DNA of 54,239 bases from Tubiluchus corallicola (lineage: Eukaryota > Animalia > Priapulida): contig JAQGDQ010000027.1 in the NCBI GenBank assembly GCA_030141605.1, forward strand, positions 1,024,474 to 1,078,712, given 5' to 3'. The position numbers were made by a program, and so were the translations under genes. Below, one piece after another: positions 1-10,358 of this stretch. How positions within the stretch are numbered: position 1 is the first letter of the stretch; every line of letters starts with the position of its first letter. Below the pieces are notes generated by a model. It was not told the origin of the DNA. It saw only the letters and a program-made list of their open reading frames with translations, and did not search any database.

Positions 1-396
1 TGTGACGGGAACACAAAGAATTTCCTTCATGGCATAGTGTGTCTCAGAAATTTTTATTTCTGTATATACAAAAAATGAAAATAATAAATTTGACAGCTTC
101 TCACTGCATACAAATGTATAATAAATTGATTATTATAATTTAAGATATTAAAGTAAATGTTACTTACATCGTGCGGCTATAAAAAACTTAATAGATTCTT
201 GAAACGTCATACAGGTTAACGGCAAATCAGGTAGAGACACTATACTTAAACATTATCAAACATTACTAAACATTTGCTGAGCCTTGTGTCAGCGTGTTTA
301 GCGAGGCACCCAATTTACCACCTCACAGGTAAAAATTACAGGTAAGTTCCATAGGTGCTGCCACCTACATGTTAAGGCCAGAAACTGACCTTAACA
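1..396 (-). repeat. 3' LTR (outer end coincides with the window edge, so it may extend further)
   Basis: Matches 6806-7203. On the minus strand it starts TGTTAAGG and ends TCACA at base 1. AATAAA on minus strand near 53-58. Confidence 0.92.
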
Positions 397-406
397 CACC
401 CCCTTT
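397..406 (-). promoter_or_regulatory. Polypurine tract (plus-strand primer)
   Basis: Minus strand AAAGGGGGTG immediately precedes TGTTAAGG of the 3' LTR. Confidence 0.8.
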
Positions 407-449
407 AAATGGGACTTGAGTGCCATTTCCCACTAAAGGAATAACAAAA

Positions 450-2430
450 TTAATCTGCTTTTTCAATTAAACATAATTTGTGTATAGGTCGGGTTAGAAG
501 CGTACTTTTGGTCTTTATGGTTGCAGAGCGGACGCATCCATCATCACTTGTCTTGACATCTGTAATTCGCCCAAGTATCCACTGGCTTCGATGGACATTA
601 TCGCTTACCAAAACTACGTCTCCAGCTTTGAGATTTTCTTTGCTTCGTAACCATTTTGTTCGCAGTTGTAACGTTGGCAAGTATTCACGATACCATCTTG
701 TCCAGAATAAGTCTGCCATGTACTGGACTTGGCGCCACTTCTTTTTGTATTGGTCCTTTACTTCGAAGTTGCCAGGCGGCAGTGCAGGATTTGGTCGAAG
801 CAGCAACAAATGGTTTGGTGTCAGAGCTTCTAAGTCATTTGGATCTTCTGAAACAATGGTAAGGGGCAGGCTATTTAAAATGGCCTCTACTAGACAGAAT
901 AGTGTACTAAGTCTTTCGTCATCCAGTGTTTGCTGTTCTAAGATACTGACTAAAACTTTCTTTACACTTCTAATCATGCTCTCACAGAAGCCACCAAAAT
1001 GGCTAGCTGAAGCAGGGTTGAAGATCCACTCTATATTTTTCTGACGTAGAGTGCTTTGAATTTGACTTTGGTTCCATTCGGTTATGGAATTCTGAAGCTC
1101 CTTTTGGGCGCCAACAAAATTTGTACCTTGATCAGACCTGATTAGTCTTGGTGGACCTCTTCGGCTTATGAAACGTTGCAGTGCTTGAATGAAAGAGCTG
1201 GTTTCGAGGGTGTGTAAAATCTCTAGGTGAACTGCTCTAGTGGTGGTGCAAGTAAAAATGCAGCCATATCGCTTAGCTTTTGCACGCCCTCTGACAACAT
1301 AAAAGGTTCCGAAGCAGTCTACACCTACACATTCGAAAGCATGAGTTCCTTCTACACGATCAGCTGGCAAATCTGCCATTTTCTGGCTCTCCAGGGGTGC
1401 ATAGAGACGACGGCACTTACGACAATATTTTAATAGTTTCTTTGTAAGTGCCCGTCCTCGAATAATCCAGTAAGCAGAGCGAACTAAGGAGAGCACATGT
1501 TCTCTTCCAATGTGACCATTGGTTTCATGGTAATGACGGATTATTAAGGTTGAAACATGATGCTCTTTAGGAAGTACTGCAGGATGTTTGGCAGCTTCAG
1601 GTAGCGCTGCATTTCTAAGTCGCCCTCCAACAACAATGAGGTTGTCCTTAGACAGGACAGGATTTAACTTAGCAATCTTGCTCGATTTGGAGACAGCTTG
1701 TCCTGCAGATAAGGTTTTGTATTCCCGAGTAAAGTGTTGGCGTTGGATATAGCCGAGAATCGCCTTTTCTGCTTGCTCCACCTCTGAAACAGAAATCTCT
1801 GTATTATAGCATTGAGAGGATGGGATCTGTCTTTTTGTGATTTTGTTCTTTAAAATGGCTTTCACTCGCAAAAACCATGTGACAGCTTTTTTAAGTTTGT
1901 AGAAGCTACTATAATATTCCATAAGCTTGTCAGTAGCTTCTGACTTGGAAGAGTTAGCTTCACACAATAAGACTTTAACACTTTGCTTTATCTCATTGTC
2001 GTGACTATCCACTGTGGGCAGAACTGTTTGAACTGGCCATTCTGGTTCAGGTTTGTAAAGAAATTCTGGGCCATGCAGCCATCTGACACTTGCGATTAAA
2101 TCTCTTGCAGACAAACCTCGCGATGCATCATTTGCTGGATTTTCATCTCCAGAGACATGCCTCCATTGGCTGGGAACTGTTAAGCTGTGTATGGTAGCTA
2201 ACCGGTTAGCCACAAAGGTTTTGTATCTCGCCCTTTCATTGTTGATATAGCCAAGAACAATTGTGCTGTCGACCCAAAATGTAGAAGTACCTATAGGAAT
2301 GCTTAATTCCTTCCGTGCCATAGAATCAACTTTTACTGCAAGCACAGCAGCTGACAGTTCGAGGCGTGGCAAAGTGACTTTCTTAAAGGGGGTCAGTCTT
2401 GTTTTACTCACCACAAATGTACAGAAGTAT
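450..2430 (-). CDS. pol: BEL/Pao Pol C-terminal part: RNase H end, integrase (HHCC, DDE) and C-terminal domain
   Basis: TLPRLELSAA, WRHVSGDENPANDASRG, HYHETNGH...CRKC, VDCFG, SDQGTNFVGA, GGFCESMIR, FWTRWYREYL. True homology starts near 2430; the ORF-track extension to 2528 is out of frame. Confidence 0.93.
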
Positions 2431-3663
2431 ATCTCCTGCAGCATTTGCTGATCTAAGATATGATACAGTTCCAAGGGCTCTTTCGGATGCATCTGAGAAA
2501 TGATGAAGCTGGTATGAAACAGCTTCAAAGTTTGGTGGTGTAAAACACCGACTCAGGTGCACATCTTTGATTAAGTCAAGTTCTTCTAACCATCTTTTCC
2601 ATTGTTGTTTCACATGATCCTCCAAAGGTTCATCCCAGGATTTCTTCAATCGTGTTTCTTCCTGAAATAGTAACTTCGCTTGCAGAACATAGGGACTTAT
2701 TATTCCCATAGGATCATATGATGAAGCCATTACACTCAAAAGACCATGGCGTGTCATCGGTTTTTCTTTTTTCCTAACAAGAATACTAAAATGGTCTGCT
2801 TCCATGTTCCATGCAATGGCAAGAACCCGATCAACAGGCAAGGATGAGTTATCTAAATCAATATCCTTCACTGATTTCCCTCTTTCTTCTGCAGGGATAG
2901 AGTTGAGAACTTCTCGGTCATTGCTGCACCATTTTGTTAAATGGAAGCCACCATGGTGAAGTAAACTGGTTAGGTCTTCTATCATTGCAATACCTTCCTG
3001 AGTTGTTGAAAGAGACTTAAGAAGATCGTCTACATAGAAATTGCTTATAACTGTTTGTACCACGGTGCTGTTGTACAAAGCTCTGTTGTCCATGGCTGTT
3101 TTCTGGAGTGCATATGATGCAATACTTGGGCACCATATTCCGCCAAAAATATGGACTGTCATCCTGTATATTTTAGGTTTTAGTTCTATATTGCCTCCAG
3201 GCCACCAAAGGAAACGGAGTACATCTCTGTCAGCAGGAGTGACTCTCACCTGGTAAAACATACTCTGGATGTCAGCAGTGATTGCTATTTTACCTTCTCT
3301 AAATCTGAGCAGGACGCCAAGGAGCTTGTTGGTTAGATCAGGTCCTTGCATTACAATTTTGTTTAATGTTGTGCCAGCAAAACTCACAGCACAATCAAAT
3401 ACTACTCTTGTTTTCTCTGGCTTGCTCTCACTTTTAACACTAAAGTGTGGCAAATACCACACCTTGCCATCAGTGGTTGCAGCTTCCTCATTTACAGGTT
3501 CAGCATATCCTTTTTCGAGCAAGTCACTGATCTCTTTAGAGTATTTGTTGTGAAGGGCCTCATCTTGCTTAAACTTCTTCTTCAAACCTTCAAGTCTCTT
3601 CTCTGCTACAATTTTGTTATTTGGCAAATCGGGAGATTCGCTTCTAAATGGGATATCCATCAT
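2404..3663 (-). CDS. pol: BEL/Pao reverse transcriptase and start of RNase H
   Basis: WYLPHFSV, KTRVVFDC, GPDLTNKLLGVLLRFR, ADIQSMFYQV, NFYVDDLL, GGFHLTKW, HHFSDAS. Confidence 0.95.
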   Translation of the reverse strand: MMDIPFRSESPDLPNNKIVAEKRLEGLKKKFKQDEALHNKYSKEISDLLEKGYAEPVNEEAATTDGKVWYLPHFSVKSESKPEKTRVVFDCAVSFAGTTLNKIVMQGPDLTNKLLGVLLRFREGKIAITADIQSMFYQVRVTPADRDVLRFLWWPGGNIELKPKIYRMTVHIFGGIWCPSIASYALQKTAMDNRALYNSTVVQTVISNFYVDDLLKSLSTTQEGIAMIEDLTSLLHHGGFHLTKWCSNDREVLNSIPAEERGKSVKDIDLDNSSLPVDRVLAIAWNMEADHFSILVRKKEKPMTRHGLLSVMASSYDPMGIISPYVLQAKLLFQEETRLKKSWDEPLEDHVKQQWKRWLEELDLIKDVHLSRCFTPPNFEAVSYQLHHFSDASERALGTVSYLRSANAAGDILLYICGE

Positions 3664-4035
3664 ATAGTGTGGTCTTCAGTCAGTGTTGCGGATCGTTCCC
3701 AGATGTTAACAGTTCTTACATCTTCGACAGAAGGTTTATGGCTGTTATCTTCACAAGATTCTAGCTGCCAGAATCGCTCTACTTGTTGCTCCAGTGTTAC
3801 AGGCTGCAAAATGCTAAGGTTACAACTGATATGCTCGGCTTCAGTTGGTCCAAGTGGTCCATTTAGGGTCCAACCCAAGACACTGAGCGATGCCCAAGGA
3901 GCATGTTTAGGTCCTTTTGAGAGCGAGAGCTTCAGGCACATCTTGCCCTATGAGAAGGCCAAGTTCCAGAGACTGAGATCTGTCCTGGGCAACATAGACG
4001 TCAATGCCTTGTAAGTGTGGCCAAGAGCTCAAGTT
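3660..4035 (-). pseudogene. Frameshifted protease C-terminal and linker region of gag-pol
   Basis: Manual translation gives WPHLQGI...LGLLIGQDVPEAL in one frame and PWASLSVLGWTLNGP...VERFWQLE in another. Confidence 0.85.
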
Positions 4036-4887
4036 CTAATAAACAGGTAAATGCTCCATCTCTAACATAAGGGATGGTCTTGTAAAGACAAGAGGGAGAT
4101 CTATGGTGACATTGTAGCTTGGATCAGACACTTGTAGTTTAGTGACTTTACTCTTCTTCTGGCTCTGTTTAGCATCAAGCGTTGTCAAAATTAATGTTTC
4201 TTCTCTGCCCTGAGCACCTAACTTTTCATATATTTGGCTAGAGCAGAATGTATTTGTCGAACCAGGGTCAAGACGTGCTAGTGTCTTTAATGGTTTACCA
4301 CCTGGTATGTTAACAAATACTGGCAAGATAGGCAAAGCTACATTGCACTTAGAAGGCTCATGCGTCTTCTTTATGTAACCACTTTGACAATTGTGCTCAC
4401 TATCTTCTTCTTTTAGTTTCTCGTTATCTTCTTCATTATTCTTCTTTTCTTTTTCTTCTCCACTATACGGCCTGCTGTTGGGTTTGTGTGTAGCAGCAGC
4501 AGTGCTAATATTTCCTCGCATATTCTGAGCATGCAAGAAAGTGGAATGTTTTCTCTTGCAAACATCACAGCGATTGGCTGACCTACATGATGCACTACTG
4601 TGGTTAGGCTTCAGGCAATTAAAACATAGTTTGTGTTGCTTGGCTACCTCTAGCCTTCCAGGTACAGTTAGCCTCTTGAACTTGAAGCATTTCTGAAGCC
4701 GATGTGCTTCAGAACACAGGGTACATGAAAGTGAAGTCTTCTCTTCAGATTTGTCAGGTTCACGTGTATGTGAACTAGCAAATGTTCCAGAACTAGCAAA
4801 AATGTTTACAGAATTAGACTTTGGTTTAGGCTTATAGGTGTCCTTCCTCTCGGATGGTTTCCTATGAAACGTGGGATCATTTTTCAA
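4036..4887 (-). CDS. Gag zinc knuckles plus aspartic protease
   Basis: CTLCSEAHRLQKC, CFNCLKPNHSSASC and CDVCKRKHSTFLH form the BEL-type triple knuckle; LARLDPGSTNTF is the protease active-site motif. Confidence 0.92.
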   Translation of the reverse strand: MKNDPTFHRKPSERKDTYKPKPKSNSVNIFASSGTFASSHTREPDKSEEKTSLSCTLCSEAHRLQKCFKFKRLTVPGRLEVAKQHKLCFNCLKPNHSSASCRSANRCDVCKRKHSTFLHAQNMRGNISTAAATHKPNSRPYSGEEKEKKNNEEDNEKLKEEDSEHNCQSGYIKKTHEPSKCNVALPILPVFVNIPGGKPLKTLARLDPGSTNTFCSSQIYEKLGAQGREETLILTTLDAKQSQKKSKVTKLQVSDPSYNVTIDLPLVFTRPSLMLEMEHLPVY

Positions 4888-6154
4888 TCTGTGCCTGTGT
4901 TTCTATGAAAGTGACAACATCAAAGATGTCTGGATTTCTCCCAGAAGATTTAATATTATGAACCTCTTTCCTCCAGTGAGAATGAATGCCAATGGGCAAT
5001 TTGTCAACGATTTGTACGAGATTTCCTTGAGCATTAATCTCGGACAAATAACCTAAACTTGACAGAGTTTCATAACAAGCACGCAACAAGTCTGCATATT
5101 CCTGTAATGTCTGATATTCCGCAGCCTTAATGGGTTTGAAATCCGAAATCTGTTTGATCCATGCTTGAGTGATATTAAATTCATTTCCAAACTGCTGCTT
5201 TAGCATGCGCTTTGCTTTTGTGTAACCTACAACTGGGTCCATTGTCACACAGCAGTCAATATAACGTTTTACTTTGTCACTGCAAAACTGAAGAAGGAGT
5301 GTTAATCTGGCAACGTTGTCAGTTGTGTAATTCTCAACCGTTGTTTCAAACTGTTTAATGAAGCGACAATACTGCAACGGGCTGCCATCGAATTTCTCTA
5401 TCTCGATACCAGGCAATGGACAACCATAAAACTGGTAAGGGGGTTGTACTGCTGGCAGAGGACTGCCTTTGATTTCAGGTTGCTTGACACGTAAAGGTGC
5501 CTGAAAGGAACTGCTTCCTGGTTGCTCTGGCTGAAAGGCACTGCTTCCTGGTTGCTCTGCCTGCAAGGAACTGCATCCTGGTTGCTCTTGGCAATAATTT
5601 GCTACCCAGTCTCTCGTTTGCTCTCTTTTGTCAACAAAGGAAACGACCTCGGAAGAACGTGGACTACCGGCTTCAAACTGAGCAAAGACAGTTGCCTCAG
5701 CGTCTGCTTGCTTTATTTCAGTAGCTATCTTCAACTGTTCTTGTTGCAAAACTAACTTTTGCTTTTCTTGTTCGAGCTGCATTTCATTTAACTGCAATTT
5801 TGCCTTTTCTGCAAGTGCTTGTTGCTTAATCATAAGAGCAGCCTTTTTCGGTTCAGCTGACATTCTTTGTGCTGTTGCCGAAACAGTGGTTGATTTTGAA
5901 CTACGTGAATGAGGAGACTTGTGACTTTTGTGCGTTCTGTGGCTTCTTAGTTCGCCTAAGCTTTCCTCTTTGTCCTCACTGTCAGGTATAGCGGCAGGTG
6001 TTAGCTGCGTTTCATCATCAGTTGAGCTGGAAGCTGCGCCTTCGCACTGCAACAGCCTATCAATTAATTCCTGCTTCCGACCGCTAACAGGTAAACATTT
6101 GTCCTTAAGCATTCGCTGTAACTGAGGGACAGTTTTCTTACCTAAATCAGACAT
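4877..6154 (-). CDS. gag: BEL/Pao Gag N-terminal part: SAP-like motif, coiled coil, capsid-like core
   Basis: IEKFDGSPLQYCRF...RLTLLLQFC...LKQQFG...IVDKLP...W core. N-terminus LGKKTVPQLQRMLKDKCLPVSGRKQELIDRL fits the SAP consensus. Frameshift in an A-run near 4880. Confidence 0.9.
   Translation of the reverse strand: MSDLGKKTVPQLQRMLKDKCLPVSGRKQELIDRLLQCEGAASSSTDDETQLTPAAIPDSEDKEESLGELRSHRTHKSHKSPHSRSSKSTTVSATAQRMSAEPKKAALMIKQQALAEKAKLQLNEMQLEQEKQKLVLQQEQLKIATEIKQADAEATVFAQFEAGSPRSSEVVSFVDKREQTRDWVANYCQEQPGCSSLQAEQPGSSAFQPEQPGSSSFQAPLRVKQPEIKGSPLPAVQPPYQFYGCPLPGIEIEKFDGSPLQYCRFIKQFETTVENYTTDNVARLTLLLQFCSDKVKRYIDCCVTMDPVVGYTKAKRMLKQQFGNEFNITQAWIKQISDFKPIKAAEYQTLQEYADLLRACYETLSSLGYLSEINAQGNLVQIVDKLPIGIHSHWRKEVHNIKSSGRNPDIFDVVTFIETQAQIEK
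5500..5590 (-). repeat. 3 x 30-bp in-frame tandem repeat in gag
   Basis: Encodes EQPGCSSLQA / EQPGSSAFQP / EQPGSSSFQA. Confidence 0.9.
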
Positions 6155-6805
6155 GCTTCAAAATACAGCAAAGTACAATTCAGTAAAATAATACAAGTAG
6201 CTAAGTAGATAAACTAGTGAAATAGGCATAAAAATCCATGTATCAAATAGTGACGATAACATATGGTCTAATTCTTTATGCACCGCACAGTACTACTAGT
6301 ATTTAGGCAATTAGGTAAACTGTACAACAAATCAAAGCATTATCTGACAGTGTAGAAATTCACCTTATTCTCTACACTAACATATTGAAATAATACCAAG
6401 TCGAAAATAAAATGTAATCTTAATTGGTATGGCTGTGAATATTTCAAAACTTTAATACTATTAAACCTTCAATACTTCAGTACTAAACAGCCCAAGCGAA
6501 TCTTACAAGTCTTAATGACTTAATAACTATATGCGCAAAATTAACGCAATAATTTTATGCAGTAGGTTAGTATTTCAGGTCAGTTCACCACACTGATACA
6601 GTTCTTAAAAGTCTTGGCAATGGGCAATTCACATAATACAGGCCTGAGAAGCGTAGACGCATTTCCTGTCCTACTTCCGGCATGCAGTTATACACCTGTG
6701 CTGTAGGCTTCCTGACCTTGATCAACTTGGGCGGCTCGATGGCATGAAACCTCAGGTGGTTATGGCTGACGTTGAATTATCTCCAATATAGCCTTGATAA
6801 ATAAA

Positions 6806-7203
6806 TGTGACGGGAACACAAAGAATTTCCTTCATGGCATAGTGTGTCTCAGAAATCTTTATTTCTGTATATACAAAAAATGAAAATAATAAATTTGACA
6901 GCTTCTCACTGCATACAAATGTATAATAAATTGATTATTATAATTTAAGATATTAAATTAAATGTTACTTACATCGTGCGGCTATAACAACTTAATAGAT
7001 CCTTGAAACGTCATACTGGTTTACAGCAAATCATGTAGAGACGCTATACTTGAACATTTATCAAACATTATTTAACGTTTGCTGAGGCTTCTGTGAGCGT
7101 GTTTAGTTAGGCACAACCTAATTTACAACTTCACAGGTAAAATTACAGGTAAGTTCCATAGGTGCTGCCACCTACATGTTAAGGCCAGAAACTGACCTTA
7201 ACA
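6806..7203 (-). repeat. 5' LTR
   Basis: Matches 1-396. Similarity stops after CCTTAACA at 7203; the flank is GCAGT (candidate target duplication, partner lies outside the window). Confidence 0.92.
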
Positions 7204-7650
7204 GCAGTATTATTAAAATATTAGGATTAGATAAAATTCTTGTGGTCAGTTGGACTGAAATAAAAATTAACGATAATAATACATTTATTATTAATATAAT
7301 TATTATCCACTTTTACAAAACAAAAAAAACTAACGATACTATGTGGTTCGACGACAAAATAATTATTTATTGCATTACATAATGTAATTGTGCCATTTTT
7401 TTTGAAATGGATACAAATCTCGAGATGACTAAACTGCGTCGATAAACAAAAAAGACACCACAAAGAACTGCATCTGACTGAATCTCTTCGAAGTGCAAGC
7501 ATAATATTTTTAGCACTAGAGTTAATCGTGTTCTAAACTCACGTTTCAAAGCAAACAGCCGAGAAATTATCACACAGGTTGTAGGAGTGAATCCAGGTTT
7601 TTAGATTGTACTTTCATTGCTTCGATAACTTTCTGTTGCTCATTGGAAAC
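7204..7650 (-). pseudogene. Decayed LINE APE endonuclease fragment, probably the insertion target of the LTR element
   Basis: Manual translation: FSAVCFET* (resembles CxxETW), CGVFFVYRRSL (resembles GGVxVY), IIIVNFYFSP (resembles vYxpP), in endonuclease order. Confidence 0.5.
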
Positions 7651-8397
7651 TGAAAGTTGTTGTATTTTGACTTCGTATTTCGGTACTTTCCATCTGACTG
7701 CTGCATCCCGTCTAATTGCTGAATCCTAGTGTAACACATTCCACGACCGTTTTCCAAAAAGAACAATCAAGACCGGAATTTAGCAAATCACGCATTCGAT
7801 TCACAATAAGCTAATCTTCACCGTGGTACCGTCACTACGTATAAACTGCGTAAAAGTACTGTATGCTGAACGCTGTTTGTCGATGTAAACAAATTGTCAA
7901 ACAAGTGTTGTGTACAATCGTTCTCCTCTTGGGACTTTTGCCAAGTTTCATCTGCAGTACGGCAATTCCGCCACCTGAGGCGCAGGCATAGATACATGCT
8001 CACTGTAGGTCTAGTCAAATGTTCGTTTTGTCAGGTGTACTACAATTTTATCCGAACTTTTGCAAAGGTTTCTGAAACATGAAACTTTCGTGAAGAATGA
8101 GGTACGTATCAATATAATTGCGAGTTATTCAAGCTCAACTTAATTTTGGTGATATTCCCCCTTTAATGAAGTCATATTAACTACATGAAACGAGAATCTC
8201 ACTACACGGCATATCATGTCAATACCGAGTGTCCCAAATCGGCTCATACTGTATTGTTTTACAGTTCACCTTTTGCAGTATAACATAATTTCATATTTAA
8301 TGCTTCGCTGCCATACAAAGTAATTTGTTCAACTAAAGAACTGAATAATTTAACTGAAACATTCGGCGGACAATTCACAAACAAATACAAAAGAAAC

Positions 8398-9343
8398 ATG
8401 AAATTTCTAAATATTAACATCCAAAGCTTAGTAAAAACACTGGCAATAAATATATACAGTACACGTGACATAATTATCGGACTCACGGAAACATCGTTAC
8501 ATGAAGGAGACTGTTACCCAACCATATATCTTACAGGAAAGACAGAAATAAAAACTAAAGGGGGTAGGGGTGGAGTCGTTATGTACATAGTAACTGATTT
8601 AGCAGCACACGAAGCTAGAGGAATTAGGACAGTTAACATTGAATCAGTGTGATGCATAATAGACAAATATATTGTACGTACAATTTGCAGGCCACCTAAT
8701 ATGACATATTGCGAATTAGATGTAATATGAGGTATTAATAACTGTATGTAAAAATAAAGAGATATATGAAAATATAATAATGGGCGATTTCAACATTAAC
8801 ATTCTCAATAAAAATACACCTGCCTACGATGCATATATGGATACACTAAAAATACAATGTCATACTGTTAGGTAACAAGAAGCGAACTAGAATAAGCGAA
8901 ACAGCTGCTGTATTATTTGACCACTAACTGTATTCGTCACTAACACTAATAATAATTTAGTCACACACGAAGGCTTCCAATGTGATTATTCTGATCATAA
9001 CTTCACCATACTAGTAGACAAACTAACCCTGACCAACAATAGCAACAAATCCTGGCGGAAAACAATTAGAGATTACGCCCAATGCAACTATTTTTTTCTG
9101 TCTAGCTTAGCTAACGTGAATTGGAGCCCCATATACAAAGACAATATTGATGTACAAGTAAACATTTTAGTCCAATATAGAATAATGTAACACAATAATA
9201 TAGAATATATTTGAATTTACTTGCACCGTATAAAGAAGGTAAAACTCAGTAAAAAGTCAGTCAACAAAACTAACAATGACAGTGCATGGAGCAACCAGGA
9301 ACTTGACTATATGAGAGTAACGAAGAATAATTTCTACTCGTTA
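8398..9343 (+). pseudogene. Decayed CR1/L2-group LINE ORF2 N-terminus (APE endonuclease)
   Basis: NINIQSL, IIGLTETSL, GGRGGVVMYI, ICRPPN, IIMGDFNINIL, SDH motifs with stops and frameshifts. Confidence 0.88.
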
Positions 9344-9344
9344 A

Positions 9345-10358
9345 AATCAATCAATCAATCAATCAATTTATTTCACTCCAGCAATACATATACAATACAC
9401 CAACATTCAATATTATTGAAACAAAAAAAACAGTATAGGTAAAAAAAACGTTGATGAAGTCAAATTAACCAAATAAAAGAGTTGCTGTATGACACCTTGA
9501 AAGCTTGACTTGTTAATGTGGCACAAATGAGTGAATGAAAGAATGGTTAGGGTTAGTAGACATAAAGGAATGGAAAAGATAGTAAGATTAGGGATAGGAA
9601 GAAGGAAAAGAGGAGAAGAAACGACCACAGTGTATGTTTAATTTACATAGAGCTATATTAAAATAGCATTATAATTGATTGGAGGCCATATATTGCAACT
9701 GCACGAGACACGCAACCACTAAAATTGTATCATAAGTAGGAATCCAAAATTGTCCTATTCAAGTACTTTTTGAAACTATAAACAGTTTCGTGTATTTTTA
9801 CTTGGGAACTTATTTTATTCCAGTTATTGGGGGCTGTGAATTTAATAAAGTGCCTAGCACTATTAGTACGGCAGTAAGGGACATGATATTCGTTGAACCT
9901 TGTAAAGTACTGTTTAGGATTTGCTGTAAAGGGATTTGCAAAGGAAGTGGCAAACAAGTTGTAGTATGTCTTGTACATATAAATAGACAAGTGATATATA
10001 ACCAAGTCTTCGAGAATTATTATACCACATTCATTAAATAAAGACATACCAACAGTGGTACGTTTAGATAAATTGTTTAATATTCTTTGATGCCTAGATA
10101 AGCTTATTAAGTTGGATGGAAAGATTGTACCCCATATAATGCGGCAATAAGTTAGGTATGGTAATACCAATGAATTATAAAGTGCTGTAAGATGAGATCT
10201 GTGTAATTTATTTTTAATAAAATTAATTATTCCCAGATTCTTAGCAATGTTTAAACTGGTAGAATTGATATGTGGTTTCCAGTCAAGATTTTCATTAATT
10301 ACAACGCCTAAGAATTTTATATTTGAAACTCTTTCGATTGCCTGCCCATCAATGAATA
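9345..10358 (-). mobile_element. L2/CR1-group LINE 3' part: ORF2 C-terminus, 3' UTR and (ATTG)n tail
   Basis: KFLGVVINENLDWKPHI, LYNSLVLPYLTYCRIIWG, APNNWNKI, SFKKYL. Minus-strand AATAAA at 9367-9372 followed by the (ATTG)n tail at 9345-9366. Confidence 0.9.

Larger units (their letters stand above)
1..7203 (-). mobile_element. BEL/Pao LTR retrotransposon, near full length, inactivated by frameshifts
   Basis: Direct repeats at 1-396 and 6806-7203 (TG...CA on minus strand) flank gag-PR-RT-RNaseH-IN in BEL/Pao order. Three Cys/His knuckles, YVDD RT, FSDAS RNase H and a C-terminal WxxEYLxxL...W domain are present. Confidence 0.96.

Noticed and set aside
397-449. env-like third ORF in the LTR element
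   Set aside because: Only about 50 bp separate the pol stop from the 3' LTR.
4870-4890. Programmed ribosomal frameshift between the first two retroelement ORFs
   Set aside because: It falls inside Gag before the zinc knuckles, BEL/Pao elements normally have one ORF, and four other indels exist, so decay or error is simpler.
478-6125. Plus-strand ORFs over the retrotransposon
   Set aside because: Antisense shadows of gag-pol with no independent motifs.
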